This document shows, in pieces, positions 29,911 through 40,474 of a stretch of DNA of 64,000 nucleotides. Every line of letters begins with the position of its first letter. Within the stretch, counting starts at the first letter, position 1. Where the stretch lies: contig JBAYOW010000001.1 of NCBI GenBank assembly GCA_041678005.1, positions 24,809 through 88,808 of the forward strand, in the 5' to 3' direction. The notes under the pieces were generated by a model. It was not told the DNA's origin. It worked only from the letters and a program-made list of their open reading frames with translations, and did no database searches. The position numbers and the translations under genes were made by a program. Source of the DNA: Thiohalomonadaceae bacterium. Its GTDB lineage: Bacteria; Pseudomonadota; Gammaproteobacteria; Thiohalomonadales; Thiohalomonadaceae.

Positions 29911-30210
29911 CTAGTCATTGGAAATATTTACACTTTGACCCACGCGTTCACGCAACTCTTTACCAGGCTTGAAATGAGGCACATATTTTGCGCCCAACTG
30001 GACAGATTCACCAGTCTTGGGGTTGCGCCCATCGCGTGGAGGACGGTAATGCAATGAAAAACTACCAAAGCCACGAATCTCTATGCGCTCACCATCAGCC
30101 AACACTTGTGCCATTTGCTCAAGTATGGTTTTCACGGCCAATTCAACATCCTTGGAATTGAGCTGAGGCTGTTTCTGCGCCAGGATCTCAATCAGTTCCG
30201 ATTTGGTCAT
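29911..30210 (-). CDS. ihfB: integration host factor subunit beta
   Basis: MTKSELIE...[26 protein letters not shown]...[12 protein letters not shown]. Confidence 0.95.
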   Translation of the reverse strand: MTKSELIEILAQKQPQLNSKDVELAVKTILEQMAQVLADGERIEIRGFGSFSLHYRPPRDGRNPKTGESVQLGAKYVPHFKPGKELRERVGQSVNISND

Positions 30211-30217
30211 GAACCCC

Positions 30218-30252
30218 CCAAAAGTAAGAAAGGCCTGCCCTTTGGCAGGCCT
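30218..30252 (-). terminator. intrinsic terminator/attenuator between rpsA and ihfB
   Basis: The minus strand has a 9-bp stem AGGCCUGCC / GGCAGGCCU with a 4-nt loop (30231-30252), followed by UUCUUACUUUU. It lies 14 nt after the rpsA stop, and the tail runs into the ihfB RBS. Confidence 0.6.
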
Positions 30253-30265
30253 TCAATAACACTAC

Positions 30266-31942
30266 TTAGTCGTTTTTGTTTTCCAATTGCTCTTTCAGCA
30301 AATCGCCCAAGGTAGGATTGGCGGCAGTTGATGCACGATGGTAATCATGCATAGCTTCAGCTTCTTCCTCACTATCCTTGGCCTTCACTGACAGGCTGAT
30401 GCTACGGCTTTTACGATCCACACCCATGAACTTGGCTTCTACTTCATCGCCAACCTTGAGCAGGGTACGGGCATCATCAACGCGCTCACGCGACAACTCT
30501 GAGGCGCGCAGATAACCTTCCACACCTTCTTCCAGATCAATAACTGCACCCTTGGCATCAACTTCCCGCACCACGCCTTTAACGATGCTGCCCTTGCGGA
30601 ACTCGCCAACGTAGTTGGAGAACGGATCCTTCTCCATCTGTTTGATGCCAAGCGAAATGCGTTCACGCTCAGGATCAATGGCGAGGATAATCGCCTCAAC
30701 CTCATCACCCTTGCTGTAGTTACGCACAGCCTCTTCACCAGCTTCATTCCAGGCGATGTCAGAAAGATGAATCAAACCGTCGATGCCACCGTCCAGACCG
30801 ATAAAGATACCGAAGTCGGTAATGGACTTGATCTTGCCGGCGACCTTATCACCCTTATTATGGCTGGAGGAGAAGGCATCCCAGGGGTTTTCTTGACATT
30901 GTTTCATGCCCAGTGAAATACGACGACGCTCGGCATCGATATCCAATACCATGACTTCTACTTCATCACCCAGCTGTACAACCTTGGACGGGTGGATATT
31001 TTTGTTGGTCCAGTCCATTTCAGAGACATGTACCAAGCCTTCCACGCCTTCCTCGATCTCAACAAAGCAACCGTAGTCAGTCAGGTTGGTTACCTTGCCA
31101 AACATGCGGGTGCCGACCGGATAACGGCGGGTAATATCGCCCCAGGGATCTTCGCCAAGCTGCTTGAGACCCAGAGAAACTCGCGTTCGCTCACGGTCAA
31201 ACTTAAGTACCTTGACCTTGACCTCATCACCAACATTGACCACCTCGGAAGGATGCTTGACACGCTTCCAGGCCATATCGGTGATATGCAACAGACCATC
31301 GATTCCACCAAGGTCAACAAAGGCACCGTAGTCGGTAAGATTCTTGACTACGCCATTGACAACCTGGCCTTCTTCCAGACCTTCCAGCAGGGCATCGCTC
31401 TCTTCACTGCCCTCGGCCTCGACCACGGCACGACGGGAAACCACAACATTGTTACGCTTGCGATCAAGCTTGATAACCTTGAATTCCAGCTCCTTGCCTT
31501 CCAGGTAGGAAGGATCGCGCACTGGGCGCACATCCACCAGAGAACCTGGCAAGAAAGCACGAATATCCTTCAAGTCGACAGTAAAACCGCCCTTGACCTT
31601 ATCGATAATACGACCAAACACGCTTTCACTAGCCTCAGAGGCTCGCTCCAGACGAGTCCATGATTCAGAACGCTTGGCCTTTTCGCGAGACAGACGGGTC
31701 GCACCAAAACCGTCTTCCATCATCTCCAGAGCGACATCTACTTCATCGCCGACCTGTACCTCGAGCTCGCCATTCTCATTGAAGAACTGCTCGATCGGGA
31801 CAACACCTTCTGATTTGAGGCCGGCGTTGATGATCACTACATCGCTGCCTACCTGAACCACCTTGCCGGTAATGATTGCACCTGGGTGCATCTGGGAACC
31901 AACAAGACTCTGTTCAAACATTTCTGCAAAGCTTTCGCTCAT
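30266..31942 (-). CDS. rpsA: 30S ribosomal protein S1
   Basis: 558 aa with six S1 repeats. Begins [13 protein letters not shown]. Confidence 0.97.
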   Translation of the reverse strand: MSESFAEMFEQSLVGSQMHPGAIITGKVVQVGSDVVIINAGLKSEGVVPIEQFFNENGELEVQVGDEVDVALEMMEDGFGATRLSREKAKRSESWTRLERASEASESVFGRIIDKVKGGFTVDLKDIRAFLPGSLVDVRPVRDPSYLEGKELEFKVIKLDRKRNNVVVSRRAVVEAEGSEESDALLEGLEEGQVVNGVVKNLTDYGAFVDLGGIDGLLHITDMAWKRVKHPSEVVNVGDEVKVKVLKFDRERTRVSLGLKQLGEDPWGDITRRYPVGTRMFGKVTNLTDYGCFVEIEEGVEGLVHVSEMDWTNKNIHPSKVVQLGDEVEVMVLDIDAERRRISLGMKQCQENPWDAFSSSHNKGDKVAGKIKSITDFGIFIGLDGGIDGLIHLSDIAWNEAGEEAVRNYSKGDEVEAIILAIDPERERISLGIKQMEKDPFSNYVGEFRKGSIVKGVVREVDAKGAVIDLEEGVEGYLRASELSRERVDDARTLLKVGDEVEAKFMGVDRKSRSISLSVKAKDSEEEAEAMHDYHRASTAANPTLGDLLKEQLENKND

Positions 31943-32040
31943 CGCTCACGTACCTTGCCGTTATCTACGGCGTATGTAAAACCGCAATGTTGCCGCGGGT
32001 TGAAGTTAAAAAAACCATCCTCACCAATTGAGAATAGCCC

Positions 32041-32718
32041 CTACTGCATACCTAATCGTTGCTGACAAACAGCCAATACTTTGGCCATAACTTCCTCTAT
32101 ACCGAGCTGTGATGTATCAATAAGCACCGCATCATCCGCAGCCACAAGCGGCGAGGCGCTGCGTGTGCGATCACGCTCATCCCGCTCGGCAATCTCTTTG
32201 TAAAGACACTCAAGATTAGCACTCAATCCCTTGTCTTTCAACTGCTTATATCGTCTTTGTGCACGTACCTCGGCACTTGCCAGAAGAAATATCTTTACCG
32301 CTGCAGTGGGAAAAATTGTCGTGCCCATGTCACGGCCATCAGCCACCAGACCTGGTGGTCGCAAAAAATCCCGCTGGCGCGTCAAAAGTGCAGCACGCAC
32401 TGCTGGCACAGTAGCCACCCGTGAGGCGTCATTGCCAACATGCTCGGTGCGAATATCCTGGCTAACATCTTGTCCCGCAAGAAAAATTTTTAACTCTCCC
32501 GCAGTCTGTGGTTTGAATTCCACAGGCAAGTCAGCGGCGATCCTTGCCAAAGCAGCTGCGTCATCAAAAGACACGCCCTGACGTCGTGCAGCCAAGGCCG
32601 TCAGCCGATATAGCGCACCACTATCAAGAAAATGCCAGCCAAAATGCTGGCTCAAGAATTGACCAATAGTCCCCTTGCCCACACCGCTCGGGCCATCGAT
32701 AGTGATAACCGGGATCAT
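32041..32718 (-). CDS. cmk: (d)CMP kinase
   Basis: P-loop IDGPSGVGKGT. Sits in the aroA-cmk-rpsA context. Confidence 0.95.
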   Translation of the reverse strand: MIPVITIDGPSGVGKGTIGQFLSQHFGWHFLDSGALYRLTALAARRQGVSFDDAAALARIAADLPVEFKPQTAGELKIFLAGQDVSQDIRTEHVGNDASRVATVPAVRAALLTRQRDFLRPPGLVADGRDMGTTIFPTAAVKIFLLASAEVRAQRRYKQLKDKGLSANLECLYKEIAERDERDRTRSASPLVAADDAVLIDTSQLGIEEVMAKVLAVCQQRLGMQ

Positions 32719-34037
32719 GCGCCCTCTGCCACCAACTGCAAACCAGACTGATTGGCCAGCGCCACAAAGCCAGGAAATGAAGTATTGACGTTGGCACAGT
32801 CGGTGATGGTAATAGGGCCAGAGGCCACCAGTGCGGCCAGCGCAAATGACATGGCAATGCGATGATCACCGTGGCTAGCCACCTGGCCGCTGCCTATCTG
32901 CCCACCACGAATTACCATGCCATCCGCTGTTGGCTGCGCATCTATACCCAATGTCACAAGGCCATCGGCCATTACCTGAATCCGGTCAGATTCCTTGACC
33001 CGCAGCTCCTCGGCACCTGTCAGAACTGTCTCGCCCTCGGCGCAGGCCGCGGCAATGAACAGGGCCGGAAACTCATCAATCGCCAATGGCACTTGCTCTA
33101 CTGGAATGTGTATACCCTTGAGTTTGCTGGCACGCACGCGTATATCGGCCACCGGCTCACCACCAACCTCACGCTCATTTTGCAGTTCGAGATCGGCACC
33201 CATCTGACGCAGGATATTGATCACGCCAATGCGGGTAGGGTTGATGCCCACATGCTCCAGCAGAATATCTGAGCCAGCCGCAATGGCGGCACCAACTATG
33301 AAGAAGGTAGCTGACGAAATATCAGCTGGCACATCAATCGCAGTGGCTTTGAGTCTGCCGCCGCCCTGCAGGCACACCTTATTGCCCTGTTGCTCAACGG
33401 TATAACCAAAACCACGCAGCATGCGCTCGGTATGATCGCGCGTCGGCGCCGGCTCAGTAACACAGGTCTTGCCTTCGGCATACAAACCAGCCAGCAGCAG
33501 ACAGGATTTCACCTGTGCACTGGCCATCGGCATGGTGTAATCAATGCCCTTGAGTGTTTGTCCACCTTTAATCCTAAGTGGCGGCGTGCCCTGCTCGGTC
33601 GTTGCCACTATGGCGCCCATCAAACGCAATGGCTCGGTAACTCGTTTCATCGGTCGCGTAGATAACGAAGCATCGCCACTCATTTCAAGGTCAAAATTCT
33701 GACCTGCCAGCAAACCGGACAGCAAGCGCATGGAGGTGCCAGAATTCCCCAGATAAAGTGGTTTAGCTGGCGGTTTAAGACCATGCATACCAACACCATG
33801 CACAGTTACACGACCTGCCTGCGGCCCCTCGATCTGCACGCCCATGGCGCGAAATACCTCCAGGGTAGCGATATTATCCTCGCCTTCGAGAAAGCCCGTG
33901 ATTTGTGTGACACCCTCTGCCAAGGAGCCGAGCATGATGGCACGGTGAGAGATGGACTTATCACCAGGCACGCGAATCCGTCCCTGCAATTTGCCACCTG
34001 CGTTAGCACGAAAAATTATGTTATCTGGATTGGACAT
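32715..34037 (-). CDS. aroA: 3-phosphoshikimate 1-carboxyvinyltransferase (EPSP synthase)
   Basis: VPGDKSISHRA, LGNSGTSMRLL and DHRIAMSFA motifs. Confidence 0.95.
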   Translation of the reverse strand: MSNPDNIIFRANAGGKLQGRIRVPGDKSISHRAIMLGSLAEGVTQITGFLEGEDNIATLEVFRAMGVQIEGPQAGRVTVHGVGMHGLKPPAKPLYLGNSGTSMRLLSGLLAGQNFDLEMSGDASLSTRPMKRVTEPLRLMGAIVATTEQGTPPLRIKGGQTLKGIDYTMPMASAQVKSCLLLAGLYAEGKTCVTEPAPTRDHTERMLRGFGYTVEQQGNKVCLQGGGRLKATAIDVPADISSATFFIVGAAIAAGSDILLEHVGINPTRIGVINILRQMGADLELQNEREVGGEPVADIRVRASKLKGIHIPVEQVPLAIDEFPALFIAAACAEGETVLTGAEELRVKESDRIQVMADGLVTLGIDAQPTADGMVIRGGQIGSGQVASHGDHRIAMSFALAALVASGPITITDCANVNTSFPGFVALANQSGLQLVAEGA

Positions 34038-34054
34038 GAGCTGTTTATCAAGAA

Positions 34055-34912
34055 TTATTGTTTAAATTCATCACGCGCCTTTTTGGCATGCGTAAAAATC
34101 TGCATCAGTTTTGCGCTATCGCCACTTGCAATGGCCTCGCGCACGATGGCCAAGTCTGTGACATAGCAATCGAGCACTTTGAGCAGTGCTTCACGATTGG
34201 CCAGACATATGTCATGCCACATGCGTGGATCACTACTGGCTATGCGGGTGAAATCACGAAAACCGCCCGCAGCAAAACGGAAGATCTCGGTATGCTCTTC
34301 CATGCGCGCCAAGGTATCGACCAGGGTAAAAGCCAACATATGCGGTAAATGACTAGTAGCCGCCAACACCTCATCGTGGTGTTGCACTTCCATCTCCACT
34401 ACCTCGGCACCTGCCGCTTGCCACATCTCCCGCACCACATCGACGGCATCGACTTCAGTCTCTGCCAAGGGGGTAAGAATAACGCGACGTTTTTGATACA
34501 GCTCGGCGAAGGATGCGGCCACCCCACTGCGCTCAGTGCCAGCGATAGGATGGGCTGGCACAAAGCGGGGCGGTAAATAGCCAAAGACGCGCTGCACTGC
34601 CTCGACCACCGAAGCCTTGGTACTTCCCACATCGGTGAGTATGGTGTCGGCGGCTAAATGAGGGGCGATAATACGCAAGACCCCTCCCATTGCACCAACT
34701 GGCACAGCCAGCACCACTACATCCGCAGCTTGCACCGCCACAACCGGATCAAGCTCAGCCCGATCGATTACACCCAGTTCCAGTGCCTGTTGCAGCTGGA
34801 CCGGATCACGGCCACAACCGATCACCTGAGAAACAGCACCAGCCGCTTTTAATGCCCGCGCCAGTGAGCCACCTATCAGTCCGACGCCTATGATGCAAAG
34901 CTGCTGGATCAA
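34055..34912 (-). CDS. tyrA: prephenate/arogenate dehydrogenase
   Basis: Rossmann motif IIGVGLIGGS and HPIAGTE. Lies in the aromatic gene cluster. Confidence 0.88.
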   Translation of the reverse strand: MIQQLCIIGVGLIGGSLARALKAAGAVSQVIGCGRDPVQLQQALELGVIDRAELDPVVAVQAADVVVLAVPVGAMGGVLRIIAPHLAADTILTDVGSTKASVVEAVQRVFGYLPPRFVPAHPIAGTERSGVAASFAELYQKRRVILTPLAETEVDAVDVVREMWQAAGAEVVEMEVQHHDEVLAATSHLPHMLAFTLVDTLARMEEHTEIFRFAAGGFRDFTRIASSDPRMWHDICLANREALLKVLDCYVTDLAIVREAIASGDSAKLMQIFTHAKKARDEFKQ

Positions 34913-34913
34913 A

Positions 34914-35930
34914 TCAAAGCTCGCGGTCTATGGCCTGGGCAATACCGCGCAGGGAAACCATCAGCTCAGCCAACTCCTGAGGACTGAGCGCCTGATCAGC
35001 ATCGCACCATGCCTCACATGGAGTAGGATGCATTTCCACCAGCAGGCCATCAGCACCTGCAGCAATTGCTGCCCGTGAAAGTGCCGGCACCATCCATGCC
35101 TTGCCACCGGCATGACTAGGATCGACTATGACTGGCAGATGTGTCTCCTTCTTCAACACAGGTATAGCCGTTACATCGAGCATATTACGGTAATAGGTTT
35201 CAAAACTGCGCACACCACGCTCGCAGAAAATGTTGTTGTGATTACCACCAGCAGCAATATACTCCGCCGCCATCAGCCATTCTGAAATAGTCGCAGACAT
35301 GCCACGTTTCAAGATCACTGGTTTGGATAGCCGCCCGACTTCCTTGAGCAGATCGAAATTCTGCATATTGCGCGTACCGATCTGGATTACATCGACATCA
35401 TATTGCATGAAGGCATCTATCTGCCGCACATCCATCAACTCGGTGACAATGGGTAGATTATATTTGTCTGCCGCCTTGCGAAACATCCCCAGGCCTTCAA
35501 CACCTGCACCCTGAAAGGTATAGGGGCTGGTGCGTGGTTTGAAGGCGCCACCACGCATCAGCCTACAACCCGCAGCAGCGACATATTTGGCCGCCTCATC
35601 CATCTGTTGCTGCGTCTCGACCGAGCATGGCCCACCGATAATCTGTATCTTTTTGCCACCAAGCGGGATGCCCTTAATATCAACTACCGTAGCCTGTTGA
35701 TGATAGGAACGCGCCACTATCTTATATGGCTTCATTACCCGGATTACCTGTTCGACGCCAGGCAGAGCCTGTAATAATTCCTTGTCGATCTTGCTCTCAT
35801 CGCCGATCGCACCAATAACTGTGCGCTCCACGCCACGCGAGATATTACTGCCCAGCCCCCAGCTTTTCAGTCGCTGATTAACTGTCTCGATCTGCTTGTC
35901 AGTAACCTGCTTGTGCATGATAATAATCAT
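34914..35930 (-). CDS. 3-deoxy-7-phosphoheptulonate (DAHP) synthase, type I-beta with N-terminal regulatory domain
   Basis: IGGPCSVE ... LMRGGAFKPRTSPY.FQG ... DPSH, matching the Thermotoga/Bacillus-type DAHPS. The ~70-aa N-terminal extension looks ferredoxin-like. Confidence 0.88.
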   Translation of the reverse strand: MIIIMHKQVTDKQIETVNQRLKSWGLGSNISRGVERTVIGAIGDESKIDKELLQALPGVEQVIRVMKPYKIVARSYHQQATVVDIKGIPLGGKKIQIIGGPCSVETQQQMDEAAKYVAAAGCRLMRGGAFKPRTSPYTFQGAGVEGLGMFRKAADKYNLPIVTELMDVRQIDAFMQYDVDVIQIGTRNMQNFDLLKEVGRLSKPVILKRGMSATISEWLMAAEYIAAGGNHNNIFCERGVRSFETYYRNMLDVTAIPVLKKETHLPVIVDPSHAGGKAWMVPALSRAAIAAGADGLLVEMHPTPCEAWCDADQALSPQELAELMVSLRGIAQAIDREL

Positions 35931-35959
35931 GGATTCATCACTCTTTTCTGCATAAATGA

Positions 35960-37078
35960 TTAACGGCCCAGCACCTTGGTCAGGGCCACGAGAAAGCGCT
36001 CATTTTCTTGCGGCAAACCCACTGTAACGCGCAGATGATCGGGCATGCCGTAATTGGCAACAGGACGCACAATAACCCCCTCCCGCAGCAAGGCATCAAA
36101 CAGCGGTGCGGCAGGTTGCCCGACATCCACACTGACAAAATTGCCTACCGAAGGGATATAGGCAAGCCCCATTGAGTCAAAGCCAGCGATTAATTGTTGC
36201 ATCCCTGCAGCATTGAGCTCCAATGTCTGCTGCAAATGTTCATCATCATCCAGCGCTGCAGTTGCCGCCGCCAAGGCCAGACTGTTGACATTGAAAGGAG
36301 GGCGGATGCGATTCAATAAATCAGCCACCTCGGGATGGCAAACCCCATAACCTGCACGCAGTCCCGCCAGGCCGTAGCATTTTGAAAAAGTGCGCGCGAC
36401 GATAAGATTTGGATAACGATCTACCCAGGTAATGGCATCGGGATAAGCTGTCGCGCCCATCGCTGGAAAGCTGGCATACTCAAAATACGCCTCGTCCACC
36501 AATACCATTACGTGCTCTGGCAAATCAGCAATAAAAGATTCAAGTTCATCCGCTGCCAACCAGGTTCCCGTTGGATTATTTGGATTGGCGATAAAAATAA
36601 GACGGGTGCGATCAGTTAGCGCTGCACACATCGCTTCCAGATCATGTCCCCAATTTATTGCTGGCACCACCACGGCACGCGCACCCACTGCCTGAGTGAG
36701 TATGGGATACACCGCAAAGGCGTGCTCAGAGAAGACGACCTCATGTTCTGCCGTGACAAAAGTACGCACAGCAAAGTCCAGCACATCACTGGAACCATTG
36801 CCGAGGATCAGCTGAGCAAGCTCAACTCCCAAGCGAGCAGCCAATTTTTCCTTGAGAATAAAGCCATTACCATCAGGATAGAGCCAGATATCCTCAAGTG
36901 TTTCGCGGGCGGCGCGCAAGGCAAAGGGGCTGGGGCCCAACGGATTTTCATTGGAAGCCAGTTTAATGATGTTGCTAATACCCAGTTCGCGCTCCAGCTC
37001 CTCGATAGGCTTGCCGGGCTGATAAGCTTTTAGCTGTCGTACGCCCGGCACAGCCAGGGCAAGAAAATCAGTTACCAT
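35960..37078 (-). CDS. hisC: histidinol-phosphate aminotransferase
   Basis: Class II aminotransferase with LASNENPLGP and TFSKCYGLAGLRAGY (PLP lysine). Confidence 0.9.
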   Translation of the reverse strand: MVTDFLALAVPGVRQLKAYQPGKPIEELERELGISNIIKLASNENPLGPSPFALRAARETLEDIWLYPDGNGFILKEKLAARLGVELAQLILGNGSSDVLDFAVRTFVTAEHEVVFSEHAFAVYPILTQAVGARAVVVPAINWGHDLEAMCAALTDRTRLIFIANPNNPTGTWLAADELESFIADLPEHVMVLVDEAYFEYASFPAMGATAYPDAITWVDRYPNLIVARTFSKCYGLAGLRAGYGVCHPEVADLLNRIRPPFNVNSLALAAATAALDDDEHLQQTLELNAAGMQQLIAGFDSMGLAYIPSVGNFVSVDVGQPAAPLFDALLREGVIVRPVANYGMPDHLRVTVGLPQENERFLVALTKVLGR

Positions 37079-38162
37079 TCAATAGCGCCTTGGGATAGGA
37101 ACCGAGAAGCTTGAACAATGAGGCCTCTGCCGCCAGCTCCTGCAATGCAACTGCCACCCGACTTTCTTCGGCATGGCCTTCGATATCGAGAAAAAACACA
37201 TATTCCCACATGCCCTGACGGGAGGGGCGTGATTCAATACGGCTCATGGAAACACCATGCTGCGCCAAGGGAGCAAGCAAGTGGTACAAGGCACCAGGCT
37301 TGTTGCGGGTAGCCACCAGCACCGATGTTTTGTCCTTGCCGGAGGGCGGCACCGACTTCCGTCCAAGTACCAAAAAACGCGTGGTATTATCGGGCTGGTC
37401 CTCGATGTTTTGCGCCAGCACAGACAAGCCATACAAACCAGCAGCAACCTCACCGGCAATCGCAGCTGCGCCATCTTCTATTGTTGCACGCCGCGCAGCC
37501 TCCGCGTTGCTGCTCACATCGATACGCTCCACACCTGGTAAATTGGTATCAAGCCAGGCACGACACTGCAATAATGACTGGCTATGCGAATAAATCCGGC
37601 GCACCTCGGCAAGGTCGCGCATGCGTCCCATCAAATGTTGATGGATGCGCAACTCCACCTCGCCAGCAACCTTCAGAGGCGTATCAAGCAGAATATCCAG
37701 GGTATGTCCGACAATGCCACCAGTTGAATTTTCCACCGGCACAACACCGTAATCCGCACTACCCGCCTCGACCTCACGAAAGACTTCGACAATCGTTGGC
37801 AAGGAAATAGTTTGCACTGAATGACCAAAATGTTTCAGTGTAGCGGCCTGGGTAAATGTCCCCTCCGGGCCAAGATAGGCGACACGCATCGGCCGCTCCA
37901 GTGCTAGACAGGCCGACATTATCTCGCGAAAAAGTCGCGCCATCTCCTCGCCTGGCAGCGGTCCCTGATTGCGCTCCACTACCTTGCGCAAAATCTGCGC
38001 CTCGCGCTCCGGCCGATAAAAAACTGCCCGCTCAGCATCGGCAGCGATCTTTACCTGCGCCACCTCTTGCGCCAGCCCAGCCCGCTCATTGATCAATGCC
38101 TGGAGTTGCTCATCCAGGACATCGATACGTTCGCGAATTATCTGCAAGCGTGCATCACTCAT
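37068..38162 (-). CDS. pheA: bifunctional chorismate mutase / prephenate dehydratase
   Basis: The chorismate mutase helix starts at MSDARLQIIRERIDVLDEQL. YLGPEGTFT, a TRF motif and a C-terminal ACT domain (ESRP) follow. I trimmed the track ORF from 38297 because it would overlap serA. Confidence 0.92.
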   Translation of the reverse strand: MSDARLQIIRERIDVLDEQLQALINERAGLAQEVAQVKIAADAERAVFYRPEREAQILRKVVERNQGPLPGEEMARLFREIMSACLALERPMRVAYLGPEGTFTQAATLKHFGHSVQTISLPTIVEVFREVEAGSADYGVVPVENSTGGIVGHTLDILLDTPLKVAGEVELRIHQHLMGRMRDLAEVRRIYSHSQSLLQCRAWLDTNLPGVERIDVSSNAEAARRATIEDGAAAIAGEVAAGLYGLSVLAQNIEDQPDNTTRFLVLGRKSVPPSGKDKTSVLVATRNKPGALYHLLAPLAQHGVSMSRIESRPSRQGMWEYVFFLDIEGHAEESRVAVALQELAAEASLFKLLGSYPKALLNGN

Positions 38163-38166
38163 GACA

Positions 38167-39336
38167 TCAGGCAATAACGCGGACAGACAACACGCCATCA
38201 ATGGCAGCAATATCATTGACGACAGTCGCAGGAATTGCGCGATCCACATCGACAACGGTGTAAGCCAGCTCGCCACGAGACTTGTTGACCATATCAATGA
38301 TATTCAAACCGGCCTTGCCCAAATCGCTGGATATCTGGCTCAAAACATTGGGCACATTGGCGTTGGCCACGGTTAACCGATACGTGCCCTCACTACGAGC
38401 CTGCACGACCTCGGGGAAATTCACGGAATTTTTTATATTGCCGTTTGCCAGATAATCACGAACCTGCTCGGCCACCATTACCGCACAATTATCTTCCGCC
38501 TCTTTCGTTGAAGCGCCAAGATGCGGCAGGGCTACCACGCGTGGATGATTTATCAGCAGCCTGGTGGGGAAATCGCAAACATAACCATAGGCCTCGCCAC
38601 TATCAATGGCGGCAACCATGGCCTCATCATCGACTATCCCCTTGCGGGCAAAATTCAACACCACCAAACCCTTTTTGGCCTTACTCAAACGCTCGGCATT
38701 GAGCATATTGCGCGTAGCATCAATCAAAGGCACATGGAAAGTAATGAAGTCAGCCTGGGCCAGCATTTCATCAAAGCTATTGGCTTTTTGCACCTGTGAG
38801 GACAGACTCCAGGCTCCTTCCACCGTAATCCCCGGGTCAAAACCAATCACCTTCATACCCAATGCAATCGCTGCATTGGCGACCTCGCGACCAATAGCGC
38901 CCAGACCGACGACACCCAGGGTACGACCAGGCAATTCAAAACCGGCATATTTTTTCTTGCCAGCCTCGGTTTGTTTGTCGATGCTGACATCATCACCTTC
39001 CAGCCGACGGGAAAAGTCTCGTGCTGTGCAAATATTGCGACAGGCAATCAACATACTGGCTATGACCAGCTCCTTGACGGCATTGGCGTTGGCTCCCGGC
39101 GCATTGAAGACCGGAATACCACGCTGACTCATCTGCTCAACAGGGATATTATTCACCCCTGCGCCTGCCCGCCCGATAGCCTTCACCGAAGCAGGGATTT
39201 CTATTTCATGCATCTTGAAAGAGCGCACTAAAATGGCATCTGGCTGCTCGATTTCCGAGGCGATCTCATAATCATTAGCAGGCAAACGCTCAAGCCCGGC
39301 AACCGATATATTATTCAGCGTCAAAATTTTGTACAT
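38167..39336 (-). CDS. serA: D-3-phosphoglycerate dehydrogenase with C-terminal ACT domain
   Basis: 2-hydroxyacid dehydrogenase fold (GVVGLGAIGREVA, HLGAST). Start trimmed to MYKILTL. Confidence 0.88.
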   Translation of the reverse strand: MYKILTLNNISVAGLERLPANDYEIASEIEQPDAILVRSFKMHEIEIPASVKAIGRAGAGVNNIPVEQMSQRGIPVFNAPGANANAVKELVIASMLIACRNICTARDFSRRLEGDDVSIDKQTEAGKKKYAGFELPGRTLGVVGLGAIGREVANAAIALGMKVIGFDPGITVEGAWSLSSQVQKANSFDEMLAQADFITFHVPLIDATRNMLNAERLSKAKKGLVVLNFARKGIVDDEAMVAAIDSGEAYGYVCDFPTRLLINHPRVVALPHLGASTKEAEDNCAVMVAEQVRDYLANGNIKNSVNFPEVVQARSEGTYRLTVANANVPNVLSQISSDLGKAGLNIIDMVNKSRGELAYTVVDVDRAIPATVVNDIAAIDGVLSVRVIA

Positions 39337-39359
39337 ATCACTTCCTGACCTAAAGACCA

Positions 39360-40445
39360 TCAACCATTGCGCAGAGCAAAATCGTGCATGAAGTCCACTA
39401 GTGTGTCCACACCCTGTTCCGGCATGGCGTTATAAATGCTGGCACGCATACCGCCGACAGAACGATGGCCTTTCAGCGTGGCCAGGCCAACTTTTTTAGC
39501 TTCCTGCAAAAACAGTTCATCGAGTTCGGCGCGCGGCAAGGTAAAAGGTATATTCATCCAGGAACGGCAATGTTTTGCCACTGGATTTTGATAGAAACCA
39601 TGTGATCCATCGATTGCAGCATACAGTTTCTCCGCCTTGCGCTGATTGATCTCTCCCATGGCAGACAAACCACCCAGATCCTTGAGCCACTCGAATACCA
39701 GACCGGCCATATACCAGGCATAAGTGGGAGGAGTGTTGTACATCGATCCATTATCGGCATGTGTCTTGTAATCCAGCATTGAAGCCAGGCCAGCAGGCGC
39801 TTTGCCGACATGATCATCGCGTATGATCACGATGGTCAAACCAGCCGGGCCAATATTTTTCTGCGCGCCAGCATAAATCACCCCAAACTGGCTGACATCC
39901 AGCGGCCGACTGAGTATGGTGGACGACATATCGGCCACCAGCGGCACATCACCCGTCGCAGGAATGTAATCGAATTCCACGCCACGAATCGTCTCGTTGG
40001 GGCAGTAATGCACATATGCAGCATCGGTTGACAGTTTCAGCTCGGGCTGGGCAGGCACCGTAGTGTAATTACCCACCGAGGTGTCGGCAGCGACATTCAC
40101 CGTACAGAATTTTTTCGCTTCGGCCAAAGCCTTTTTCGACCAATCGCCAGTATTGATGTAATCAACTGTGGTCTTCTCGCCCAGCAGATTCATTGGCAAC
40201 ATGGCAAATTGCTGTGAGGCGCCGCCTTGCAGGAACAACACCTTGTAATTATCGGGGATCGCGAGCAGCTCACGCAGATCGGCCTCGACCTTGGCGGCAA
40301 TGGACATATATTCCTTGCCACGATGGCTCATCTCCATCACCGACATACCACTGCCATTCCAGTCCAGCATCTCATCCCGCGCCCGTTCTATAACGGCCTG
40401 CGGCAACATCGCTGGACCTGCACTAAAATTGAATACACGCGCCAT
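39360..40445 (-). CDS. serC: phosphoserine aminotransferase
   Basis: [12 protein letters not shown]..., [14 protein letters not shown]. Start trimmed to MARVFNF. Confidence 0.95.
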   Translation of the reverse strand: MARVFNFSAGPAMLPQAVIERARDEMLDWNGSGMSVMEMSHRGKEYMSIAAKVEADLRELLAIPDNYKVLFLQGGASQQFAMLPMNLLGEKTTVDYINTGDWSKKALAEAKKFCTVNVAADTSVGNYTTVPAQPELKLSTDAAYVHYCPNETIRGVEFDYIPATGDVPLVADMSSTILSRPLDVSQFGVIYAGAQKNIGPAGLTIVIIRDDHVGKAPAGLASMLDYKTHADNGSMYNTPPTYAWYMAGLVFEWLKDLGGLSAMGEINQRKAEKLYAAIDGSHGFYQNPVAKHCRSWMNIPFTLPRAELDELFLQEAKKVGLATLKGHRSVGGMRASIYNAMPEQGVDTLVDFMHDFALRNG

Positions 40446-40474
40446 CCTATCCCCCAAACGTTATTTGCCAGACA